A stretch of DNA of 62,699 nucleotides, counting the filler, from Bonamia ostreae (Eukaryota): the NCBI GenBank assembly GCA_040357525.1. It is 23 parts of 23 records of this genome, joined end to end, with 100 filler letters (N's around TTAATTAATTAA, not from the genome) between each part and the next. Parts side by side here need not be neighbours in the genome. Positions count along the whole stretch, not along the records: positions 1 to 2,650 come from JBDODL010000736.1; positions 2,751 to 5,398 come from JBDODL010000737.1; positions 5,499 to 8,145 come from JBDODL010000738.1; positions 8,246 to 10,892 come from JBDODL010000739.1; positions 10,993 to 13,638 come from JBDODL010000740.1; 18 more parts are not named here. One strand, 5' to 3'. The translations under genes and the position numbers were made by a program. Below are positions 1-11,745 of the stretch, in pieces. The notes under the pieces are model-generated. The model had not been told where the DNA came from, did no database searches, and was given only the letters and a program-made list of their open reading frames with translations. Position 1 is the stretch's first letter. Each line of letters opens with the position of its first letter.

Positions 1-1439
1 AATTTTGTAAAGTACTTTGCAGCATATTGCAAAAACTTTTTCGTTCATTTTACTGAATGTGGTTTTTGGTGGCTTTGGTTTTTACCCGTTCTATTTGGCA
101 TTTCAGTATATTGTCAACCTTTTTGCAGATGGTTTCATGGCTGAATTTTATTTATAATAATTTGTGGTTCCCTGTACTTTTTTCATAAAATGATATGATT
201 CTAATATTTAATTAAATTGTCAATATAACTTTTTATTAAATAGGTGGAAAAATAAATATAAAAACGAGGAAGGATTAAAATGGAAAGACTTGGCACTTTT
301 TGCCTTTTATATCACTGTGACAACAGCAATAATATGCTTGTGCATATTCACCGAAGTAAAAAGTTTAAAATATCAATATTAGATTATCTAAGTTTCAAAA
401 TGTTCGCAACATCTCAAATTCCTTTCATTTCGTGCAGCTTGCTTTTATATTTTATTAAATATTTGAGAAGATTGGAATTTATTATTATCTTTCGAGTTTG
501 CCCAGCAGTAACTATAATAATGGCTGTTTTCTGGACAGAATTTAAAAAAGATTATGGTACTTTTGACGAAAAACTTTGTTGTTTAGGCGGCTCGTTTCTT
601 TTTTACGCACTTTTTTATTTTCAGGTTTTTCAAAAATCGCCATTTCCACACCATCTAAAACGCAAATGGTTACTTATCACCGTAAAAATTGTCATTGTTT
701 CAAGACTTTTAATTAAAAGGGGTTTATAGATCAAACGTTATTTGACGAGTCAAAAAGAACTAATTTTAAACTTGGCAAAAAGCTACGCGCTATTGGCATA
801 TTTTTTCTGTTATTGTTATTGGTTGTTTGTATGCCCACATCTGACGTAGAAGTGGGTGATCGCTGGATTTACCCGCTTTATGCATTTCGGTGGCAACGCA
901 GTATGTTTGTACTTGGAACATGGTTATGGTTGTTATAACAATTTTTTACAAATTTAATATCAAGAATTTGAAAATTGTTATCTTTCTTTAACCAAATGTG
1001 ACCATTTTAAATATCATTTTCAAATAGCAAATTATTTTTAGTTAAATGTCGAAAATTAAATTTTCAGGATATTGATTTTGACAAAATTCTTCGAAACTTT
1101 CTGCAACCAAGTTTTGGACGAATTCCAATATTTACATTGCCGCCAAAGTACAATAATAGTCTACCTTTTCCATTTTTTGTTCATTGCGTTTGTAAACGTT
1201 TTTTATTCATTTTTTGAAAGGTGACGATAGTGATGCCATACAAAATGTCATTGAGCGTATCGGGAGTTGTGCATTTTTTGATTGTGTTTCCGATGTGCTG
1301 GGTCATTTACGTGTTGGTTTTGTTGTAAAAAGCGAATTAGATTTTGTATGTGCCGTTCATAGGAAATTTGTTTGGGTTCAAAAAGGTTGGAGGATCGGAG
1401 GATAGTAAGAGTGAGCGAGTTTCTGTTCTGGAGAATTAA
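1..1439 (+). CDS. Acyltransferase-3 (OpgC/MdoC-like) multi-pass membrane protein, 5'-partial, multi-exon
   Basis: Spliced translation gives WLWFLPVLF (cf. HLWFL motif), STIIVYLFHFLF (YxxYLxH) and C-terminal YVL|ILYVPFIGNLFGFKK. Introns include 1192-1220 and 1317-1340. Confidence 0.65.
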
Positions 1440-1846
1440 AAATTATGTTTTCAGTTTAGCAAATGTTAGAATTTGTTTGGCAAAAAATTCACAAAAATCG
1501 TTTTTACAAAAAATCTTTTCAATTTTTGAGACAATTGTAACAGACAATTTTCCAAAAAAAAAGTTTTTTAGCAGACAATTTTTTTTCAAAAAAATTGTTT
1601 TCTGTTAAAATTTTTAGGTGGAGAGATTTGATTAAATATTTACGACTAAAAAGCAAATTTAAAAAGTCAAATTAAGCAAATTTAAGGATTTTAAACAGAA
1701 TAAACTGAAATTCTTAACAGTCCATTTTTGATTATAAAAATCAGAAAAACGACATATAAAAATTTAGCCATTTAAATACCAATAAACGTTAATAATAAGC
1801 AATATAATAAATCAAAACACTGCGGCTTCGTTCAAACCTAAACAGA

Positions 1847-2461
1847 ATGGCTTTAGATAAAAAAATGAAACAATACGAAATAATCGCTAGACGCCGTCCT
1901 TCCGAAAAAGTAACAAAACCGAAATCAACGAAAATGCAAATTTTTGCAGAAAACGAAGTTAGAGCACTTTCAAGATTTTTCTTTTTTCTACAGAAATATA
2001 ACCACATAAAACGCTCTTCCAGCGAAGTGCTTTCCATCAAAATCATCAAAGAAGAAAACCCCTTCGTTGCCAAAAACTACGGAATTTGGTTAGACTTTCT
2101 TTAAATTTAGCATTCGGGTACAAACTAGAACAAACATAGTCAACATGTACAAGGAATACAGAGCTTTGAGCAGATCTGAAGCGGTTGAACGCATGTATGA
2201 CGACATTGCCGCTAGACATAGAGCCAGAAAATCGTGCATCGAAATAATCAAAGTCGACGTCCTTCCAAACGAAAAATGCCTCAAACCGGAAACCACCACA
2301 TTCCATGTACTTTTAATATTCCCAAACATCAAAACGACAATTTTAATTTTAAAAAGGGCGACAAAGTTGAATTTCCACAAAGATATCGATTGAAAAGAAA
2401 TGCGTTCAAATCTAAAAGAAAGCTTTACAGCTATTCAAAACCAAATTACTTTGTATTTTAA
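1847..2461 (+). CDS. RPL18A: 60S ribosomal protein L18a (eL20)
   Basis: MKQYEIIARRRPS..MQIFAENEVRALSRF..KNYGI..NMYKEYR..AVERMYDDIAARHRAR. Introns 2089-2110 (22 nt) and 2307-2356 (50 nt) join three ORFs. Confidence 0.95.
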
Positions 2462-2650
2462 GAATACAGAGAGTATTTGAACATTTTTTTAACATTCCAA
2501 TTTGCTAAATTTCGATAATTTTAGTCACAAAAATAATATCCGATAAAAAATATTTCGAAAATTTTATTAAACTGCAACTTCTGTTTTCCAAAATAACTAT
2601 TGATGGCGAACCGCGCATTCATTCAAAAACATTATCGTGACTTCCAAATA

Positions 2651-2750
2651 NNNNNNNNNNNNNNNNNNNNNNNNNNNNNNNNNNNNNNNNNNNNTTAATT
2701 AATTAANNNNNNNNNNNNNNNNNNNNNNNNNNNNNNNNNNNNNNNNNNNN
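2651..2750. other. Artificial contig linker (first of 22)
   Basis: N44-TTAATTAATTAA-N44, with stops in all six frames, recurs about every 2.7 kb. Contigs: 1-2650, 2751-5398, 5499-8145, 8246-10892, 10993-13638, 13739-16377, 16478-19115, 19216-21852, 21953-24588, 24689-27323, 27424-30056, 30157-32788, 32889-35518, 35619-38244, 38345-40967, 41068-43689, 43790-46407, 46508-49125, 49226-51843, 51944-54560, 54661-57275, 57376-59987, 60088-62699. Confidence 0.98.
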
Positions 2751-3315
2751 TTTAAGTAAAATCAAATCAACTGTTACTTTTTAATTGAGTCTGTTTAATA
2801 AAGTCTTTTAGTTTGATTACATGATTTTTACATTAAGTTTTTTAGGGATTTTTGGTGATCAATGAGTTAAGGTTTTCACTACCTTTTGACCATTCTTTAT
2901 GTTTAGAAATAAAATCCCCGCATATGATCGTCAAAACCAATATAACTTTAAAAAGCCAAATACAATCTGATATTTTTGCTTGTTAGCATGTCTTCCGGGG
3001 AGTTTAAATAAACACGAATAAACGCTATATGGCACAGTTCAAGATAGAGACATTATCGCATAACAAACTTTTAACGAAAATAGGAGTCAAAAAAAGACAA
3101 ATTGTAAGACATCTTTAAAAGGAACCAGAAACAGTAAAGATCTTTTAAAGGATTGCTATCAAAACCAAATTTAAAACAAATAATCTTATTAAAATCTTCA
3201 ATTAATAAAGTTCAAGAAATTTAATTTTGAAGCAGTAAAAGTTATTAGTAAACGTTTAAGAAAATTTGAATACAAAACGAAAATATAAAAAATGATTCAT
3301 CCGATAAGAGTTGAT

Positions 3316-3390
3316 ACGGGCATCGGTGGTTTTAGTGTGTGGGCACTTTGTGAGTCCCACACAGATTGGTTAATAACCAGCATCGTCCAT
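3316..3390. other. GC-enriched stem-loop in AT-rich DNA, possible ncRNA
   Basis: TGTGTGGG (3336-3343) pairs with CCCACACA (3356-3363); outer TGGTT/AACCA stem. No family recognised. Confidence 0.3.
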
Positions 3391-4146
3391 GAGATTTCCA
3401 TCCGTTTACAAATTAAAAAATTCAAAAGGCAATTTCTGCACATTCAGAGGTCCGATGAGCCTGTTTAAAAAATCATAAAATCTGCACATTGTGCAAAAAA
3501 AAAGCTGAAGAAACCACAGCTCATATACTCTTCGAATGCGAAAAGACTGATAAATTAGACTTCAAAACAAAGAATGATAAAAGCCTTTAACGAGCGAAAA
3601 ATGACCCTATTGCAATTTGGAGGAAGCGCCTATTCTATGTATTTACAACTGAGAGGCGCAAGACTAATAAATCTGAACAGATTGCTTTAAATAAAAAATA
3701 ATTTTTATGAACATTTAAACCAAATAAAAAATAATTTTAATGAACATTTAAACCAAATTAAAAAATTAAATAGATCGGCCAAGTCTCCACTAAACGGAAC
3801 GAAGACAAAATATATAAAAAAGTCAATTTGTATTTACTTATCGAAGAATAGCAAAATACATATATTAGAGCTTTAAAGGAATGCCGAGCTACTTAAAATC
3901 CTTTTTGTCAAAAAATGTTTCGGAAAGCTTGGAAGAAAAAAATCTTGCAAAAGTTGTTTCAGCCTTTGCAAAAATCGAACTTTTTAATGCTCAAAATAAA
4001 ATTTGTGATTTTTATATTCAAACGATCTCCTCGAAGTTCGGCAAGTTTAATAAATTAAATAAAGTCTTAATTCCATAAGACCAAACGGCAAAATTCAATC
4101 AAAGTCGAAAACAAGCTCTAAATTCTTCCATTTAGANNNNNNNNNN

Positions 4147-5186
4147 TAGACCAAAACCATTTCAAAATTGAGTTCGATGACGTTGCCAACCGTTTCCAGA
4201 TAGTCCCATTGCAGTTTCGTTTTTCATAATCTCTATTCAGAAAAAAGATAAAAATCAACGGGCAAAATTACGCCAACGCGGAGTGGCTGGTCGACGGAGA
4301 TATCATATCGATAAACTGCAAAAGCCATTCTCACGTGCTCAAGTTCTATCTCCCGAGTTCTGATCACGAAGAGAAAGCAAAGGGCGTTCCGGCGAACAAC
4401 ATCCTGTCAACCATTGTCAAGTCCAAGTACGAGATTCGGCGAAATATCGGCAATTTTTGTTGGACAGCGACGGAAGTCGCCGATCTAGTCGACGCGTTTA
4501 AAAGTTTCGGCATGTTTCGCCCTTCAAAATTGCGCGAAAAAGCTAAAATCGAAGAAAAATCTCTTTTGGAAGTGCAATTGTTTTCGATGGAATTAGTCAA
4601 TTTTTTGTACAGCAAATGCAAAAATTGGGCAGAAAAAAGTGTCGAAAGCGAACTTTTGTCTATTCTGGTAAAGAACGAATCGATAAGCGATATTTTGGAT
4701 AGAATTAAAACAGTTTTTGCTGAAAAGTTTGTAAAATTGGATGACTTGATCAAAATGAACGCGGAAAAATGTGCTGCAGATTTGGTCAAATCATTTGGAA
4801 GGACGCAGTTCATTAATGAACTTGTCGCGACTCAGCGGGAAAATGGGGGGAATTTTGAGACAATATTGAAAAAAAGCTACAAACAAATCAAAGAAAAGCC
4901 AACGAGAGAGTGGACTGTGCATGACGACAAGAAATTGATTTTGCGGCTGTATGAAGAAGGAGTGGACAATTACCGGTTTGTATCAAAGAACACACGGTTT
5001 GGAATGGAACAAACCGAAATCGATGAAAACAAGAGGAATCTGGCAAAGTTGGGGGTTATCCGAAAAGAGATCGAATCAACAAAAGATGGCGTAGTTTCAA
5101 CTTTGAAACTGGAAAATCGCTTTGATGCGATCTTTAATTTTTGGAGTGGTTGTGCAGTGCGTAAAAGCGAGATGGAAGATGATTAA
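4147..5186 (+). CDS. FHA-domain protein with CHD-type SANT/SLIDE-like C-terminus; 5' end unresolved across an internal gap
   Basis: Removing intron 4214-4240 gives HFKIEFDDVANRFQIVPLQKKIKINGQ..WLVDGDIISIN..LKFYLP (FHA-like). Then WTATEVADLVDAFKSFGMFR and WTVHDDKKLILRLYEEGVDNY, which resemble CHD DNA-binding helices. Confidence 0.55.
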
Positions 5187-5314
5187 ATTAAGCAATTTCT
5201 GTTTCCTTAATTTTTTCGGAAAAATGTCAATCAAAAAAGTAAATTATTTAAACCGCTCCGAAACCAATTGGTGAGTATTGTTTAAAAGAACAAATATAAA
5301 CCGTAATTAAAACA

Positions 5315-5398
5315 ATGAAAACCATTTTGGCACTTGTTCTTGTTTTGCTATTCAATCCTACAAATTCTGTAACTCGAGAAGGAAAAATGGAAGTCTAC
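5315..5398 (+). CDS. N-terminus of a putative secreted protein, truncated by contig end
   Basis: MKTILALVLVLLFNPTNS is a signal-peptide-like start. Confidence 0.45.
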
Positions 5399-5606
5399 NN
5401 NNNNNNNNNNNNNNNNNNNNNNNNNNNNNNNNNNNNNNNNNNTTAATTAATTAANNNNNNNNNNNNNNNNNNNNNNNNNNNNNNNNNNNNNNNNNNNNTT
5501 CAGGCTAAAACATTTTGCATTTTTGGAATTAATCACTGCTCGTTATCTTCACTTAAGCTTGTTCATTTAATTAAGTATCAGTATTACAATGTCTTAATTA
5601 TAACTT

Positions 5607-8078
5607 TTATACAATCTTATTAAATCGCCTTTTTCGATTTATACAGAATATCAATGTGGAAATTACCAATAGAAATAAACCTGACCCGGATACAATCAAA
5701 ACTACTTTTGTAATAGACCAAAATCTCGGTGTTGATTCGCTCACAATGGTATTCTTTAATGGATCGAATTCTAGGGTCATGTTTGAACATTCGTAATCAG
5801 CACATACTCTGTATTTTGCAATCGATATCCCTTTGATCATCTTCGACGTTAGATTGCCAGTACGGAATGCATTTGTTACTTCATCGACAATGGTTGTCAT
5901 ATTTACATCTGACGAAATGTTTGTTTTATCATTTAAGTTGTACAGTTTACTAGGCGCAAGTAAGATATTTAAATATTGCCTTACATTTTGTTCGTTTTCC
6001 TCTGCGGTTATGTTATTTTGAAAATAAGCAATCCAGGTTACACCTTTTGATTCCCATTTCATCTTCTCTGCAACTGTAATGATTAACCTTGCCCCAGCTG
6101 AATAATCGTCTTCTTGTTGTACTGCTCTTCTGGGTCTGGCTTCCTTATTAAGTCCAACATATATCATCTGAATGTTTTTAATATTATTTTCACTAGACAA
6201 GATTTCCTGACGTACTTTGCATGCCTTTCGTACATCCAGTAATTGCTTAATTGATAAGAATATATCTTTGCAGAGGGTAGGGTATTGCAAGCAATTTGAA
6301 AGCAGTCCGGGTCCAACAGTATAAAATATCTTCATGTTGTCCGAGAGGGTCAAATCGCAAAATGACGGAGAAAGTCTTCTTGGATATACATAACAGCTTG
6401 TGTGAGATTGGAATGCTTTCTCTTTTATCTTATCACATGTAATTGATAGAAAAGGACGAAGCAGGGGAACTAAGGCCGATTGTAAACACCCTCTTACGGC
6501 GTCAATCCACTCCCGACCTTTAGTGGTGAACTTATAGTAATGATTTTTGTACAAGTTGCAAAATTTTGCACCATTACTAATTGCGTATGACGTCTGTTGC
6601 TTTTTCTGACATGGAAATCTTTTCTGTTCATGCATTAAAAGAGAAAAAGAAATTATGTTATATGAATAATTTATGTGGTTCATGTAAAATATAACAAACG
6701 AACAATTCATGTGCTATTCAAAGCGACGTCAACAACTCGTATGGAAGAGTTTTCGACAGATACACGCAGGTGAATGCTAGCTGAATGTTACAATGTATAT
6801 GAAGTCAGTCTTTAGGCAGCAGTCGCGTCGTTTAATGTGGATAACATAATCTGGTGTTTCTGCTTGTTAACACCAAGACAAATACTGATAAAGAGCAATG
6901 TCTTTATTTCCCCCGAAATATAAACTACGATAAAAGATAAATTCTAGATAAATTTATTTACTTAGGTACTCTTTATCTAGCCTCTTGTTTAAGATAGTGC
7001 TTCTTTCTGCAGGTTATTTTATCTTGCTTGCTCGTTTGAAATTTGTAGCTGCTTTTTATGTGACACCCATTTTCGTTTTTATTGCTGTACATTTTTCGCC
7101 TATGTTTCTCTCATCTGTATATTCTTGCATGAACTGTTTTTGTTTGATATGTTATATGTGCATGTTGTGTTTTTATTTGCTTTGATATGATATGTCTTAG
7201 TCGGTTAAGAAACTTAACAGAGCTTGCGCTGACTTGTTGTATGCAATTTAACTAAAATTTACAACAAGTACTTCAAAAGCTAAATAATATATGATGTTAA
7301 TATTAAGTATAAGTAGCGAGTCGTGTCAGTCCAAACGTAACACAGATCATATTAAAACTACCAACCTCTAAGCATTCGGCATACCAGCCGCAATCATCAC
7401 CAGCTGGACTGAGGCAATGGACAGGCAGCTCTGTTAAATTTGTTTGTGGAGGTCGAGTTTGCTGTGGAGAATCCACTTCACAAGCACATTCATCTCGAAC
7501 ATCTCCTGAAAAACATACAAGCTGTCAAAACTCATAAAGATTTATCAATATCTCAAACATCTCCTGAAAAACACATCTGTCAAAGTTAACAAAGCTTTAT
7601 CGATCACAAAAACCTTGTAGGAGTATCACTGATACTGCTCATGACGAGCCTATATGGCATTCTGAACATCATATCATAACATTTAAACACATACTATTAA
7701 CGAAAGGATTTTACGTGACTCGAAGCAAGAGGTTTCATTTTCAATACTGTCAACTTATGTCAATGTAAACCAGCAAATCCACCTAGCTTTGTCTGTAAGT
7801 TACTTACCATCGGCGATTTCATAGAGTTCCATCATACACTGGTAAAAGCAATAAGTTGCATGGTGATCTCGGCAGTTAGCGTTTCCTTTTGAGACAGTCT
7901 GTATGTATGAATTTGTGAGACAAGTCGCCCATTGATATTTATGGTAATATGGAGTAAGAAGCACACATTCAGGAGAACCAACCGGTCCGACATTACTATC
8001 ACATTCTCCAAACACCAAAGTTTGCTGAAAAAGTGCAATGATAGAAAAATAAAAGCATAATATTTTGATCGCCAACAT
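5607..8078 (-). CDS. Host-like type I membrane protein with Cys-rich stanniocalcin-like domain; exons 8078-7808, 7505-7366, 6623-5607
   Basis: Signal peptide; DCGWYAECLE|KRFPC..YAISNGAKFC..KGREWIDAVRGCLQ..CDKIKEKAFQSHTSCY; C-terminal TM helix. Phase-compatible introns of about 300 and 740 nt, the first with a GTAAGT donor. Confidence 0.75.
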
Positions 8079-8872
8079 TGTGCTTTACTGTTCCCACCTC
8101 TTGCAAATGTTATCTACGTCTGATATCGTTATTCAACTAGAACAGNNNNNNNNNNNNNNNNNNNNNNNNNNNNNNNNNNNNNNNNNNNNTTAATTAATTA
8201 ANNNNNNNNNNNNNNNNNNNNNNNNNNNNNNNNNNNNNNNNNNNNTATAAAAATATGTCGTATATTAAGACGCTTTGATTTTCCCTAGCCTTTGTACTTT
8301 AGTTGTAGTGTCACTTAGTTTTTCTTTTCTTTTTGTGTACCATTATTTGGATGTTTTTTCTATGTAAATTATATTTTTCCGTTCTAAAGAGAGCAGAGGT
8401 CGTCAAGGAAGTTTGGCAATTTAATACTGATGGTGTCGTTCGTCATTTTAGTGCTTTAGACATATCTAATTATTTGACCTCGTATAAGTACACTGATACA
8501 ACACTGAGTATGTTGAGGGCTCAACAAATGCAATTCAGGGTGTGAGTTTTCAGGTCACATAGGGTTTAATGAATATCTATAGGTATGTATGGGCATAAAT
8601 ATAGTGGGAAAGAGTGTTAGATGTTTTTGATTTCGAGTTAGGAGACGCCGATGCAAGATTACTGCAATATAAGGAATCAAACATGCACATTTTTGTGTGC
8701 CTCAAATCGAAGATTTTATAAGTGTGATTCTGTACCTCTCTGCTCTGTCCAGATATTTGCACAGAAAGCTACATAACAAATGATTATCCCACTGAAAATG
8801 CAGAATGCAAGCATGTTACGAAAACGGGAAAAGTGGAAATTATTCTAACTTATGTATTATTATTATTATCAA

Positions 8873-8933
8873 CAGTAGTAATAGTAGTAGTGGTAACAGC
8901 GGTAGTAGTATAGTAGTAGTAAAAGTAGTAGTA
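8873..8933. repeat. Imperfect (AGT)n microsatellite
   Basis: cagtagtaatagtagtagtggta...gtagtagta. Confidence 0.8.
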
Positions 8934-8974
8934 TCATATTGTTAATATATCTAAATCAAAACATATTGTTTTAG

Positions 8975-9945
8975 GATGGCTATTGTTTTATCAATGGTCA
9001 ATGCATAGTTGATGGTACACAGGATGGATCAAATATGTGCAATGTCTGCCATTATACATCCAATAGATTCAAATGGACTATTCAAAAACAAAAAACAGGT
9101 AAGAACCATTAACAAAAGTGAAACATTTCTTCCTTGTATATAATAATGTAGACCGTTATATATTTTAAACACATTCAAGTAGGCATGCCATATTCCATGA
9201 TATAACCAGGCAGATTTATGTGGTTTAAAATTTTGGACCACTTTTGCACCCCATCATAAGATATAGAAACGAACATGAAGAAATATCTTTTCCAAAGAGA
9301 TATGGGAAAGGTGCAAAAATGTGCATTAATACAGTTAACGCCCATACGTAAATATATTAAGCCACTTAATGTGTACTCCTATATACATTTAGCTTTCCCT
9401 AATCAACGGAACATTATTTGTCTACTGTTTGTAATAATCCTACGCTGGGGTGAAATGAATCTGGATTGTCTTTGTTTCTGATACTCAATAAGCAATATAG
9501 ATTCCAGATTTCAAAATTGAAAAGGTTATCGTTTTCATACTTCATACTTCATTTTCATACTTTCATACTTGAAGTTTTATACTCGTTGCATCTGTTATCT
9601 TGATATTGATAAATACAAACATTCCCCCTTTATTCACTCGTATAATCCTTAGGTTCAATGTGAGTAAGAATTTTCCCTTAGTATTACGGTCGAAAATGAT
9701 CAAAGAGATGCTGTGTTCCAATAAGTCATTTAATTTAATAAGTCGTCCACGGGATTTTTAACGTATTTCCACTCTTGAAAAATTGAATATCCGCTACATT
9801 TGAAACAAACACAACTTCTGATACTTATTACAGGCTGTGGAGAGGAAGAGTCGAATTTATGGATCATAGGGGCTGTCCTTGGAGGCTTGGCAGTGTTGTG
9901 TTCATTATTGATACTACTGCTGTGGATAAAGAAGAAAAAGCTGAG
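8975..9945 (+). CDS. Two exons (8975-9098, 9834-9945) of a host-like VWDE-type membrane protein
   Basis: DGYCFINGQCIVDGTQDGSNMCNVC..FKW, then the phase-1-compatible TM exon GCGEEESNLWIIGAVLGGLAVLCSLLILLLWIKKKK. GTAAGA donor, 735-nt intron. Confidence 0.6.
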
Positions 9946-10146
9946 GTGAATTTAGTACATAAAGATTTATGTTTGCTAAAAGGATACCGAAACTATGGAA
10001 AAGTCCACTTAAGTCAAAGGTTTTTGTAAATGATTTTGTCTATTCGTCTCTCTGGTAAAATTCCTTTAAACTTTTCTTTTTATCTAAATAGCCACTAAAA
10101 TATAAAGTTTCCTCCATTGGAAGTGGGGAGTATTTAGTGAATTTGA

Positions 10147-10478
10147 ACAGTGACCAATCTTGTAATTCCTACAACAATACAAAAGAGTAGGGCAAACATG
10201 GACTTATGGACATACCAAAAGTGCGACCAGGGCCCTAAGAAAGGTAAACAACCGCTGTTGCATGGCCACACCCGCTGTGAGTTATATATCTTGATCTGAT
10301 AAAATTCTAATTTTTGACCACAGTTTATGCCGTTGATCAAAGCAAGAATGGATGTTTACTCCTAGACATCTGATCCACATTGGGAGAGTCCTGCTGTCTG
10401 TGTTTGTCCTACTCCTAAGTTAGTATTTTTATTGGAATTATCGGATTGATTATTGTTTATTATCTTCCCTTTTCATTG
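10147..10478. repeat. Two diverged copies of an interspersed repeat in inverted orientation
   Basis: gaacagtgaccaatcttgtaattcc..gagtagggcaaa (10147-) matches the reverse complement of tttgtcctactc..ggaattatcggattgattattgttt (10403-10458). From memory it resembles an abundant oyster repeat; not verified. Confidence 0.55.
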
Positions 10479-10651
10479 ATTAATTAAATTGACTGCAAAC
10501 TGCATCAATATCCATACATAACATTGTTCCAGTTATTTTGTTAACTGACAGTTAACTGATTTAATTAAATGACATATTGCTATTGATCTGCTCCGTCGTC
10601 CTCATCCACCGTGCCATGTGCATTAGCAATCAAAGAATTTTTACTTCTTTC

Positions 10652-10788
10652 AGGAATGAATTTAATTTTGTTTTACTTTATATTATATCAATTGGTTTGG
10701 GTCAGATTATGCTTCGCAATTTATAAAATCTTAAACTGTCCCAAACCGATTTATTTCGTATAAAATAGAATGAATTAATTTCATTCCT
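10652..10788. mobile_element. MITE-like palindromic element
   Basis: Imperfect inverted ends AGGAATGAA..TTCATTCCT, with internal GGTTTGGGTCAG / CTGTCCCAAACC. Confidence 0.55.
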
Positions 10789-10992
10789 TATCGTATGGTT
10801 TCAACAATAAAACATGCAGACATTTTGAATTCTATTTCGTAAACAAAAATTGATTGCACCGTGCAAGGATTCGCTTCTAGCAACATACCGACNNNNNNNN
10901 NNNNNNNNNNNNNNNNNNNNNNNNNNNNNNNNNNNNTTAATTAATTAANNNNNNNNNNNNNNNNNNNNNNNNNNNNNNNNNNNNNNNNNNNN

Positions 10993-11520
10993 AATAAATT
11001 TAACAAAAAAATATTTATTTTCAAAATAATAAAAACACCAAAGCTGATCCGTCCGCGGCAAAAGCTTCACTGCTCTGTCCCAGACGTTTCTGGCGTGGTT
11101 TGGAAAACGGTTTTTCATTTCGAATTCGGCGTATTTCAGCCAAATCCCGCGATTTTGATAGTCGACATTTAGCGCTCTCTCGTAAATGGATCGCACCCGT
11201 TCCCACTCTTTTTGCGATTCTTCCCATTTTGCGTAGCGGAGCCAGCAATTGATCGAATGTGGCTGTCGTCTGAGCTTCTGCTCAAACTCGACGCGGTTAC
11301 TGAGCTGATAAGCCTTTAGTTCCTCTTCGTTTGAAATGCGGTGGGATTGAGGCTTGAATTCGTCGACTCTGTGTTCGTAGGCTTCTCTGATGATCTGCTC
11401 TGCGGTGATCTGACGATCGGAAGGCGCTTTGTTCAGAACTTTTTCCTTTTTGAGGTTTCTGCCCGATTTGTGATAACTTGTTTTGGGGTCTGTTTCGACG
11501 TTGTCTTTGAATTGGTTCAT
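10993..11520 (-). CDS. CRNKL1: Crooked-neck/Clf1 splicing factor, 3'-partial
   Basis: KVLNKAPSDRQITAEQIIREA, HAT repeats WLRYAKWEESQKEWERVRSIYERAL, NHARNVWDRAVKLLPRTDQLW. Confidence 0.95.
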
Positions 11521-11745
11521 TTAAAGCTTTGAGTTTAGCTTTTGATTTTATACAATAATAATATATTTGCAAATATTTAGTTTTTAATTATCCGCAAAAA
11601 CAGTAAATGTCGATGTTAACTTTCGTTATGCAAATAAACGAACAAAGAGAATAAGCGCTCGAAAGTCTGATTAAGACTTTTATTGCATTATGATAAAATA
11701 TTCAATCTAATTTTTAGATAAAAAGCTAATTTTAAGGATTAAGTT

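Noticed and set aside
2458-2650. Minus-strand gene whose stop would overlap the RPL18A stop
   Set aside because: An open frame exists, but the product is unrecognisable and truncated by the contig end.
2651-2750. Regularly spaced TTAATTAATTAA as a biological repeat, and gene neighbourhoods across it
   Set aside because: It is always embedded in N-runs of fixed length, so it is a concatenation linker. ORFs containing X runs and adjacency across linkers are artefacts.
2940-3290. Possible Tc1 transposase relic
   Set aside because: Only a weak KRLRKFEY similarity; no TIR or catalytic motif.
3540-3850. Degenerate SNF2 helicase motifs upstream of the FHA gene
   Set aside because: Only vague resemblance (KQRMIKAFN, IGQ); no coherent gene model.
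5607-8078. Host-to-parasite horizontal transfer of an animal-like gene
   Set aside because: Whole-contig animal-style intron structure with no linked parasite gene; contamination is the simpler explanation.
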